A DNA stretch of 64,000 bases from Felis catus. Taxonomy: Eukaryota. The notes below the pieces were generated by a model, which searched no databases, was not told the origin of the DNA, and worked only from the letters and a program-made list of their open reading frames with translations. A program made the translations under genes and the position numbers. Below, in pieces: positions 39,245-50,081 of this stretch. Numbering within the stretch: the first letter of the stretch is position 1; every line of letters begins with the position of its first letter. The stretch lies in contig NC_058368.1 in NCBI RefSeq assembly GCF_018350175.1, positions 78,990,001 to 79,054,000 of the forward strand. Reading direction: 5' to 3'.

Positions 39245-40006
39245 GTTCCCGATTTCAGTTCTTATCTTTATTGTGTCTTTCCTTCTGCTTGCTTTAGGTT
39301 TAGTTAGATCTTCTTTTTCCATTTCTAAGGTGGAAGTTCTAGATTAGCAATATGAAACTTTTTTTCTTTTCTAATTATAAGCAATTAATATAAACTTACC
39401 TTTATCTAAACAGCACCTTCAAGCTGATTTTGAGTTTACCATTTTTTCCCCAGTATCCCCTGGACTTAAATCCAGGCATCTCTAAACCCAGAAGACAGCA
39501 CTGGCACAAACAGAAACAGCTCCAGGAGAAGCCCTACTTCAGGCTCAAGAGACAGGATATAAAACTCATAAGGCTCCAAATGTGTGGAAATACAGTGTTT
39601 TTAATTTCCTCCCTTCTCTTGCACCCCATCCTGAGTAGTCCCATGGCAGGGGCCTCTGATGAAGGGAGCCTTCTTCCCCAGTCAAAAGAGTAGTGGTCCC
39701 AAGAAGCCAGGGTGAACCCCTGTTGATCCCCCCTCCCTGGAACCTGAAGCTCGGCCCCAGATGCAGACTCACTCACAGGAGTGCCCAGAGAAGAGGGGTA
39801 AAGAAAGCCCCAGACAACAGGCTAGAGGGCAGGAAACAGGATGTCCGGGCAACACAAAAGCCCTAGTGAGGCTGGGTAGGAGGAAGAGTTCTGGAAAGAG
39901 ACACAATAAAATTTTATATGGACCCACGGCTCACCTCCAAGCTGTATGTATATGGATGATATACAGATTTCACCTTCATTTTTTTACAGTTTAACTTATT
40001 TTTATA

Positions 40007-40205
40007 GGGGCGCCTGGTGGCGCAGTCGGTTAAGAGTCCGACTTCAGCCAGGTCACAATCTTGCTGTCCGTGAGTTCGAGCCCCACGTCAGGCTCTGGGC
40101 TGATGGCTCAGAGCCTGGAGCCTGTTTCCGATTCTGTGTCTCCCTCTCTCTCTGCCCCTGCCCTGTTCATGCTCTGTCTCTCTCTGTCGCAAAAATAAAT
40201 AAACG
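40007..40205 (+). mobile_element. Young felid SINE (Fc1-like) lacking a poly-A tail
   Basis: Fc1 diagnostics; TSD ttaa(c/t)ttatttttata at 39991-40006 and 40206-40221. Confidence 0.92.
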
Positions 40206-43200
40206 TTAATTTATTTTTATACACCATATTTTACAGTACTCTTAAGTTTACAGCAAAACTGATTAGAAAATTAGAAGAGAGTTTCTCCCCCACACCCCTG
40301 CCCCCACACTGGGACAGCCTCCTCCATTATCAACAGCCCCCAGCAGAGTTTTGTTAAGTTTCTCTGAATTCTTGAGTGTGAATATAATTTATTGGCACAT
40401 TTCTTGTCACAATCAATGAACCTGCATTGACACTTCATCGTCATTCATATTCCGTAGTTTACATGACAGTTCATTCTTTACATGGTACATTCTGACCTTC
40501 ATTTCTGAAAGGTATTTATATGAGGTAAAGTATTTTAGGTTGACACATTTTTCTTCTAGTATTTTGAAGATATTACTTCTCTGTGTTGTACTCTTTCCAA
40601 GAAGAAATTGGCTGTCATTCATAATTTTGCTGTTCTGTACAAGATTTGCCTTTTTTCTTTTTGTGTGCTTTTAGGATTTTCTCTTTTTTACTACTTTTGA
40701 GTAATTTGACTATGATGCATTGTGGTGCATGTTTCTTCATGTTTTCTTGTGCTTAGGGTTCATCAGGGTGCTTGGATCTATGAGTTTCCTGGATCTATAA
40801 GTTTCTTGGATCTATGAGTTTACAGTTTTCATCAAATCTGGAAAATTTGTGTCCATAATTCCCTCAAGTATTTTTTCTGTCTACCCTTTTATCTCCTCTA
40901 ATTTAGATACTACAATTAATTACATGTTTATTAGGTACATAAAGTTGTCCCATCACTTGCGACATCACTGATGAGTGCAGATCACTGATACTCATCATTT
41001 TTTTAGGCTTGTTTCTCAGTTTCAATTTGGATAGTTTCTATTGCTATGTCTTCAGGTTCACTAAGCGTTTCTTCTGCAATGTCTAATCCACACTTAATCC
41101 AACCCAATGCATCTTTTGCCTCAGATACTATAGCTTTCACCTATAGAAGTCCAATTTGGAGTTTTCAAAAATCCTTCAATCTTTATCATATTTTGCCTTT
41201 CTTTTAGTATCTATTTGTCTACTAATTCCATTCTCTGCCATTTCTGGGCCAGTGTTGGTTGATTCATTTTTCTCTTTATTATAGATTGGATAGTTCTGCT
41301 TCTTTGCCTGCCTGGTAATTTTTTATTGAATACCAGACATTATGCATGTTACTTTTTCAAGTGGTACGTATTTTTGTATTTCTACAAATATTTTTGAATC
41401 TGGTCTGGAAAATAATGAAATCGCTTGGAAACAGTTTTTTGTTTTGACAGTTTGCTCTCATGTTTTTCTAGGGGGGACCAGGCCAGTACATAGCCTAGGG
41501 CTCATTATTTAATACTAATTATGCAAAATAATTGACTTCTTTGTTCAGTGCCTCATAAATTATGGGATTTTCACTCTGGCTGATGGGAACAGCCTTACTT
41601 CTTTTTATCTTTGCCCTGGGATGGTTCCCTCTCTTCCATTTGGATAAGTCTTTTATGGGACTTAGATAGTTTATTCACATGCATGTACTAACAGTATTCT
41701 GTTGGAGACTTGAGTGGGACTCTGAAGGTCTGTGGAATCTTCTCTTGGTGTAGCTTTCTCTTCTCAGACTATCTTCTCTGTGAACGCAAGCTACCTTGGC
41801 ATACCTGATCTTCCCAGGCCATGTCCTCAATTCAAGGACATCATCAAGCTTCACTTGGGATCACTCTTTAAGCCACAGTCTGGAATCTTCCCTCATGAAG
41901 TAATCTGGGAGGCCTTAAGGCTTACCTCCTTTGTTTCTTGTCTCTCAGGGATCACTACCTTTGCTGTGTGGTTTTCAGTGCTCTGAGAACCATTGCCTCA
42001 CATGTGTTATCAGGTTTTAAGTTGTTTATGGTTGGAGGGTAAGACCAGGCACTATTCCCCTATCCAGACGTGAAAGCAGATATCTGTAAATTTGTTTTTT
42101 TTTAATGTTGGGTTCCTACTAGATGGGAATTTTATCTATTAGCTTGTTCCTAGGCTATCTTGTGAGCACCTATAATCTATTCTTAAAACAGAGAACTTCC
42201 TGAAATGATGGTATAATTTGAAAACTTGTATTTTTTTAAAGATAATTTTGATAGTTTAGATAATGGCACACTTTTCTCCCTTGATTATTCAGATTATGTA
42301 TACTAATTTTTTCTAAACAGACTTGTATCTCTGTATAAAAATTAACATAGAGCAGCTGGTATTTTATGAAATGATGATGCTAGACAAGAGTTTTGGATAG
42401 GAAGTGGAGGCGAATACTATATTTGTTTGAACGTGCATGGGATTTTAATTAAGCTAAAATTAAGCACGTTAGAAATTGTCCAGGAAGCTGATGACTTTCA
42501 TTCTTATTCTTAGGGAATTCATGGGTTGGACGTTTCTATGACCAAAATGGTCAGAAATGCATATTTATGTATGGGATTCTGAACAGGCTTATGAACATTC
42601 TGCCCTCAATCCCATGCCAAAAAAATGCTTTGGCTCAAGAAAAAAGTGCCACCTGCCTTGCCCACAGTAGAATTTTAAACTTAGCAGGAAATCTCCTGTT
42701 CTCTTATTGATAATATACTAGTGCTTTAACACAGTTAAACCCTGAGACTTCAACAAATTCTTAAGACATTCCAAAAATTAGTAAGTAATGACAATAGGGG
42801 GATATGCTGTTTTAAAAGTACCTTTATCTCAGAAATCTTCACAGCAAGCATTACTTGCAAATATTGCTACAACCATTTAATCAGACATTTATAAGAATCA
42901 GGCTCAAAAATTAAGATTTAAGCAAATACCTCTGGCCCTTACTACATTTTATTGCCATTCCATTCCATTTTATTTATTCTACATTCTTTCCTTGGGATTC
43001 GCACACATTACTTATTTATTCAAGTATTTAATATTAAGAAAAGTTGCAATCATAAATAAAATTGAACTAAGTTAGATGTTATATTATGCATAGTATACTT
43101 TGTTACCCTCAAAAAGTTATTTTATTTCTTGCCCTAAATCTTGCTCAAGTGTTTCTAAAACCCTGGAATCTTGAAAGCTCAAAAAGTTGCTTATAAAAGT

Positions 43201-43398
43201 TATGCGCTCGATATAAGACTAAGCTCCTGCGGACTACCTGCAGCAGATCTGAGTTTGGGGATACAGAGATGAGTAAGTGTTGACTAAGTCTAGAGTATCT
43301 CCCTGTTGAGTTGGGGGGATTGACTCCTCAGGGTGCTGTGGTGTGTCATCAGAGCCTGGAAGTAAAGCCCGTTGTCTCACCAGAGAGCAGTGATCCTA

Positions 43399-43435
43399 AG
43401 AAGTTTCTAGAAGAGTCTGGAAGACTCTTCTAGAA
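43399..43435. promoter_or_regulatory. Candidate heat-shock element overlapping a 14-bp perfect inverted repeat
   Basis: aGAAg tTTCt aGAAg aGTCt gGAAg are in-register nGAAn units. Palindrome arms ttctagaagagtct (43405-43418) and agactcttctagaa (43422-43435). Confidence 0.45.
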
Positions 43436-43752
43436 GGGTCTTGAGCAATGATTAGAAGTAAGCTTATTGAAGGGGGTGATGGGGGGAAACCTCAGACTTG
43501 GAATGAGACCTCAGGGTGAGATTGGGTAAAGTTAATATCAATAAAGGAAAGAGATGAGAAACATCATAAGGTGTATGAGGAAAGACATTCTTACTGCAGT
43601 AACGTAGGAACAAGCCAAGAAAATGAGAGCAGAAAGAAAGCCAAGACCTGTGTATTTTAGGATCCAAAATGGGGCACTTATCCTGCGGCTAATAAGCATT
43701 AAGTGTTTAAAAGCAGTAAAACAATGTAGTTTTATTTTCCTTTAAGCAAGAT

Positions 43753-43978
43753 CAGGGGACAACAGACTATGGTTCAGAGACCAAACCCAATTAGCTGCTT
43801 GTTTATTAAATAGAGTGTCACTGGCATGGAGCACACCTGCTCATTTGCACCTTGTCCTTGGCCACTTGCATGTTACAAAGGCAGAGTTGAGTCATTATGA
43901 TGCAGAATTTATGGCCAAGAAAGCCTAAAACATGTAGTATCTGGCTCTTTATAGAAAAAAAAATTTGCTAACGGCTGA
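43753..43978. mobile_element. MER58A-like hAT-Charlie element
   Basis: cagggg...actatgg; ggcagagttgagt; aagcctaaaa...tatctggctctttatagaaaaa...tttgc. Confidence 0.75.
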
Positions 43979-43992
43979 GCTAGATCTGTGAG

Positions 43993-44220
43993 CAGAGCAT
44001 TTCTCAACCTTGACCCTTAATGCTCTGGGACAGATGATTTTCTGTTGGTGTGGTCTGACCTCTGCATTGTAGAATATCAGCAGCATACCTAGAGTCTACC
44101 CACCAGATTCTAGGAGCACCCCCATCCCCATCATGATGCCCCACAATGTCTCCAGACACTGCCAAGATGTTCCCCAGGAGGGAAAAATACTCTCCCTCCC
44201 ACCCCTGGTTAAGAACTACA
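43993..44220. mobile_element. MER20-like hAT-Charlie element
   Basis: ttctcaacct; tgcattgtagaat...cagcagcat; aatgtctccagacactgcca; ggttaagaactac. Confidence 0.8.
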
Positions 44221-46058
44221 TTGAGCAGCTATGTGGGGGTTGGTTTTAAGTGAAAGTGATCATAGCTGAAATCAAAACAGTGGAACACTGAATGGACGGG
44301 AAAGACAGATGTAAGAAACCAGATATTGTGAACACGAAGGTAGCATCCCTTAGTGACTATGAGCACGGGCTTCAGACAGAGGAGGATTGGGGATGGCTTC
44401 TAGAGGTCTAGCTTGGGTTACAGACTGGGTAACGGCGCCCATAACTGAAGTAAGGAATAGCAGAGGAGAAGCAGGTGTCAGAGGGAAGAGAATGTGGCTG
44501 GTTTGGATGTCGTGGGTTCAGGTACCGAGAGCTGATGGCTACTGAATATGTATATTTGAACGTCAGCGGCTTATAACCGGGGCTGTGGATGCAAACCAAA
44601 GAGCGCAGCGTCAGAAAAGCCACAAGAATATGAAGTCGATAGAAACTGGGACCAAAAGAGTTTCTGCAGAAGAGAGAGCCAGACATAAGGAGTACAGATT
44701 GTCCACTGTATCTCTAAATTAGGGACTGACTCACCGAGGGTGCTGGGGAGAAGAAAAATCCGTGTAGATCAAGGCATGTTGCTAATGAAGAACTTTTGAA
44801 AGATATAATGAGATGAGGGAAAAGAAGAAGAGAAGAGACTGCGGTCAAGAACTCCGTGCCCTCTGAAGAATGCTGTAAGGACAGTCAGCACTTAATGCTG
44901 GCCAGAAACATTTCCAAGAATAGCATAGGTGAGCAAGATACTTAGCTTAAATGTTTCACAAGGGCGGGTTTCTTGTAAACCCTGTGCCTGTGTGGATATC
45001 GCGCCTGGGAGGTGGTGATTCGGGCAGCAGGAGTTTCCGAGGGCACCGTCATTACAGAAAATATTTGCATCAATCTGTGGAAGAAGTGGAGGGTCTTGGA
45101 TTGAATCTGTGAAGCTGAAGCCTTCATCTTTTCCTGTCTCTAATAGAGACCCCCGCTGTCACACAGGATATACCATTCTGAGCAGCATACATGTTACCCG
45201 CTACCTGTCAACGTAGGTTTGAAGTTGGTCTGTTCTGTCACTTTCACTGAAGTTCACCTACTCGGCAGTCCTGGCTGTAGACGGTTTAAAATGGTTTCTT
45301 TGATGGATTGGCCACAGACTTTTAAAAAAATATCATTCAATATGCATGTGTAGCATCTGAAGAAAAAGGAATCTCTAAAAAACTTATTAAGCAGTGAATA
45401 AGAGAAGAGAGTCCTGGGAGGGGATCGCTGGCGGGACACAGGGGCCGGGGGGGAAAGAAGGTCTGCATTGCAGATTCCTCCTCGCTCCTTGTGCACCTGC
45501 TCCTTGTGCTGCTGGAACCCACACAGCCACGCCTCCTCACCGCCTCCGGGACAGCAGGCGACAAACCAGATAGTCACCTCCAGCTGCAGAGGGTGACCAG
45601 GCGCCAGATAGACAAAAGCGGTCAAACCCCTCAATATGGTAGAAATACAAGTAAGAAGTGGCTGGCTCTGGAATTCTGCACTTTATCTTGGTGACTCATA
45701 AAATCCACTGCGCGAGAGTGTGGTCACTGGTTTTTATATGTTGGTAGAAGGGGAAGGTCACCAGAAAGAAATATATCCCTGAGTGATCATTACAATAATA
45801 GTAAATATTTTAGAAAGTATTTAATTATATTTGCCTTATAGATATACTTATTTATGCATGAATGTTATAGGTTTAATTATATTCCTATATAAAACAATAT
45901 TTAAATAATCATTACAATTCTACCTCATTTCTCTTTTCTTCTTCTTGTTCCTTTGTCTACTCACTCAACAACAGCTTGTTGAATGTTTTCAACATGCCAG
46001 GCACTGCAGGGTACTTTAGAGGTCAACATATGGAATGCATAGAACATTCTGTCTCAGA

Positions 46059-46282
46059 GGGGCGCCTGGGTGGCGCAGTCGGTTAAGCGTCCGACTTCAG
46101 CCAGGTCACGATCTCGCGGTCCGTGAGTTCGAGCCCCGCGTCAGGCTCTGGACTGATGGCTCGGAGCCTGGAGCCTGTTTCCGATTCTGTGTCTCCCTCT
46201 CTCTCTGCCCCTCCCCCGTTCATGCTCTGTCTCTCTCTGTCCCAAAAATAAATAAAAATGTTGAAAAAAAATAAAAAAAAAA
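46059..46282 (+). mobile_element. Very young felid SINE (Fc1-like)
   Basis: CpG-intact body; perfect 20-nt TSD atagaacattctgtctcaga at 46039-46058 and 46283-46302. Confidence 0.96.
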
Positions 46283-47975
46283 ATAGAACATTCTGTCTCA
46301 GAAGCCAGGGGCATAGAAAATGACAATGTGGAGCGATGTGATACAAGGGAATGCAGACAGTGTGTGGACCAGGCAGTGTAGGTTTCCAGGGAAGGGATTC
46401 ATCTGGAGTAGATGGCATTGAGCTGAGGTTTGAAGACCACTTAGAATGAACCAGAAGAAGAATCAAAGGGTCAGTTGTTCACATAAGCATATGTGGAAGC
46501 ACCACAATGAGGAAGAAGGGGGAGTTCAGTACAGTCTAGTGTGGCTGGAGTGCAAGATCCTAACGGCTGGTAGGTGTTTAGACAAAGATGTAAGAAAGGC
46601 ATCATCTTACAAAGAGTAAGAAAGGCATCATGAAGGACCCCGTAGTGTGAATGCTGAAGGTGGGAGGTCCCTAAACGATGTTGGGCAAAATGGTGTGAAA
46701 ACTTGACAGGGCAAAGCAGGTGTCTCAGAGCACTGTTGATTACAGTAATTGAGAAAGAAGTGGTTGAGGCTTTACAGAGAGAATTTAAATGAGATGAAAG
46801 AGAGGGCATAAACATCAGAGATGTTTAGGATGTAACACCAGCAAGACCAACATCTCAGCAGACTCAGCAGACTCCTGGTGGCAAGTGGGGAGGGAGACAC
46901 ATGGTGGATCCCGTGGAGTTGGATCAATGGGGAGTCTGTGGGAGGAGTGGGGTGTGGACTGTGTAAGGCTTCCGGAGTACTTGGGCGATCCATGTCGTGC
47001 CGCCTGGCAGGCAGTTCCACAGACTGGTTTGCAGCTCAGGAAAGTGACTATTGTGTTTTACAGACGCACACATTTCAGATCATTAGTTCCTAAGTGCTGG
47101 TTACAGCCTTGAGTGTGTTTGAGATTGCTCGGGGAAGACTTTTCCAGGACAGCCAGAAGCGAGTGCTGAAAAACAGACCAACGGGTCGGAGGAACTGGCT
47201 GTAAAGGGACACTGGGGTGTGGCCGGACCATGGGAGGGACACTCTGGTGGCAGGGCCACCGGGGAGGCCGTTTCAAGGAGGGAGAAGTCGGTGCTACAGA
47301 GCGATCAGGTTGTAATGAAAACAGAAAAGTGTGGAGGGAGGAAAAGCCCGGAAATAGTTACTGGATTTGACATAGAAGATGTTAGCTATCTTGACACACG
47401 ACGTTTCGATAAAGTGATGTGTACGCGAATGGAACGTGAATTGCAGACATTGGAGAGTATGCGGGGATGAAGAGCTGACTTGGATTTGACTGTTGCTAGA
47501 ACGCACACCCATCCCTGCCGATCCTTAACCCCCGGACGTATTGTGGTGAAGCATCATTTTTCAAAACGGCGAAATCATGACTATCCTACAAATATAAAGC
47601 ATATCAGATTTTGTTGAGCTCCGTATGAAAAGAGGAAACTAATAAGATGTTAAAAACCAGTTCGAATGAAAATCTGATTTACAGAGATCTATCTTCTCTA
47701 CTGACAAATTTTGTCTGCGCTGCCCAGGCAAACACCATTTGCATTGCTTTGGAGGGGAACCATCTGCATCGGGATCAGTTTCTCACAGCGTAGTCCTGCA
47801 GAGTTGTACAATAGCTTAGTCAAAAGCAATGAAATCACACCTCCCTAAAGTTAAGTGATTTCCAGGGGTCCAGTGGACAATGTCCAGCATCTTATTGAGA
47901 CGATACCCAAAGGCAAGGCAATGTCTTATTCACCATTGCCTCCAGTATCAAGCAGAATGTTGTACAATGTGTCAA

Positions 47976-48231
47976 TTTTTTTGTATTATTTTTTATTTAC
48001 TTATTAATTTTTAAGTTTTTATTTACTTTTGAGAGAGAGAGGGGGTGTGTATATGCACACGCATGCGTGTGCGCAAGCGGGGGAGGGACAGAGAGAGAGG
48101 GAGAGAGAGAATCCCAAGCGGGCTCCGTGACATCCAGAAGGAGCCCTATGCAGGGCTTGAATTCACGAACGATGATATTATGACCTGAGCCAAAATCAAG
48201 AATTAGACACTTAACCAACTGAGCCACCCAG
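47976..48231 (-). mobile_element. Older CAN-SINE
   Basis: Reverse-strand SINE ending ttaaccaactgagccaccca. Confidence 0.88.
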
Positions 48232-48796
48232 TGTGTTCATCTTAATGGGTAATTATCAAAGGAAGTTATGTAAGAAGTAAAAACCATACACACCAACACT
48301 TTTAAGTGTGTGCTATGTCAAAGGTGTGCGATATGTTAATGGACATGAAGAGTCAGGGCATTTTGTGTGTTACCAATTCCCTTAGGGTTCTAGTTAATGC
48401 CAATTTTAATCATGTCTTTTTTATTTAAAACTTTAATTACGAATATTAGTACCTATCAGTGAATGATAATAAACATGCATTATTTAGCTACCTCAAATAT
48501 CATGCATCTTTTATCATTTGAACCTATCTAGTAAATAATTGCAAACTGACAATAAGTGACAATAAGTAATTACGATTTGATATGACAACTAAGTGCTCAT
48601 TTAATTTTCCCTCAAAATATAAGTGTACTGGATCCTAATGCTTAGCGTTTTACCCCTCACTCTTACCAAAGCATCTCTGTTATTTTGTTTAAAAGTCACG
48701 TCACTTTAAAGTGTCTCACGGAAAAGAAAAAAAAATTCTGTTCCTTATTTTAAATTTATCATTTTGATCATATGCTCTTAAAACTGTATGCTTCTT

Positions 48797-49021
48797 GGGG
48801 CACCTGGGTGGCTCTGTCAGTTGAGCGTCCGACTTTGGCTCAGGTCATGATCTCACAGTTCGTGGGTTCGAGCCCTGCATCAGGCTCCATGCTGACAGCC
48901 CAGGCCTTCTTTGTCTCCCTCTCTCTCTGTTCCTCCCCTGCTCACACTCTGTCTCTCTCTCTCTCTCTCTCAAAAATAAATAAACATAAAAAAAATAAAT
49001 TAAAAAATAAATAAAAATTAA
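48797..49021 (+). mobile_element. CAN-SINE with an internal deletion
   Basis: SINE body; TSD aaaactgtatgcttct. Confidence 0.9.
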
Positions 49022-49179
49022 AAAACTGTATGCTTCTAGCATTTCTTGGCTCAAGATGACTTAATTCAATCAATTAATGTTAGAATTTATTACTGCTCGT
49101 TTTTGATGACTCACCACAGGAATATCTGTTTTGGCTTTTATATAAGTATTGGTTGGCTGTATTTTAAAGTTAATACTTT

Positions 49180-49735
49180 CCATGTGGTATCAGCATACAA
49201 TGGAATATTATTCAGCCTTAAAAGTGAAGGAAATTCCGCCATTTGTAACAACATGGATGAACCTGGAGGTTCATAGAAACACAAAAAAGACAGATACTGT
49301 ATGAGCTGACTTATATGTGGAATGCAAAATAATTCAGATGCATAGAAGCAGGAGAAGAATGGGGGCTGCCTGGGGCTGACGGTGCAAGGAATAAGGAGGT
49401 GAAGGTCAAAGGGTACAAAGTTTCAGTTCTATAAGATGAATAGGTCCCAGAGATCTACTGTACATCATTGTGCCCACAGATGACAACACTGTACTGTCTA
49501 CTTAAAATTTTTCTAAGAGGATAGATCTTATATAATGTATTCTTACCACAAATAAATAAACAAACAAATAAAACCAAAGAGGGTGGGAGGAACTTTCAGA
49601 GGCGATGCGTATGTTTATGGCATTGATCGTGGGGATGAGTTCACAGGTTTTCCTTTATTTCCAAACTCATCCAGTTCAATATATTAAATACGTACAGCTT
49701 TTGTCAACCATACCTCAAGCAAAGTGGTTTCTAAA
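49180..49735 (+). mobile_element. Old L1 (L1MA/MB-type) 3' end
   Basis: tacaatggaatattattcagccttaaaa...acaacatggatgaacctggagg...gggtacaaagtttcagtt. Confidence 0.85.
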
Positions 49736-49745
49736 AATATAACTA

Positions 49746-50081
49746 TAGTTCACCCTTGAACACGCTCAGGGTGGGGGTTATAGGCCTGGAGCCCCCCTGT
49801 AGTTGAAAATCAGAGTATAACTTTCAACTCCCCAAAAACATAACCACTAGGACCCTTCTGTTGACTGGAAGCCTTGCCGACAACAAGAACAGTTGATTAA
49901 CACGTATTTTGTATGTTACATGTATTATATACTATATTCTTAGGATGAAGTAAGCCAGGGAAAAGAAAATGTTATTTAAAAAACCGTAAGGAAGAGAACA
50001 AACATTTATGTGGTGTGTTGTAAAAAATCCACATAGAAGTGGATCCACTCAGTTCAAACCCATGTTGTTCTGGGTAATTGT
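49746..50081. mobile_element. Tigger1-derived non-autonomous transposon (second copy)
   Basis: agttcacccttgaaca left TIR; ttcaaacccatgttgttc..ggt right end; homologous to 23881-24228. Confidence 0.85.

Larger units (their letters stand above)
36620..42060 (-). mobile_element. Composite of old antisense L1 fragments (3' UTR, ORF2 and ORF1-region pieces) with multiple nested SINEs
   Basis: T-rich + strand with typical antisense L1 blocks (aagaaactgccaaact; tgactaatgatattgagcatctttcc; gtagaatt) and the minus-strand peptide SKFYQIRKEKLMPILHNLF. Confidence 0.75.
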
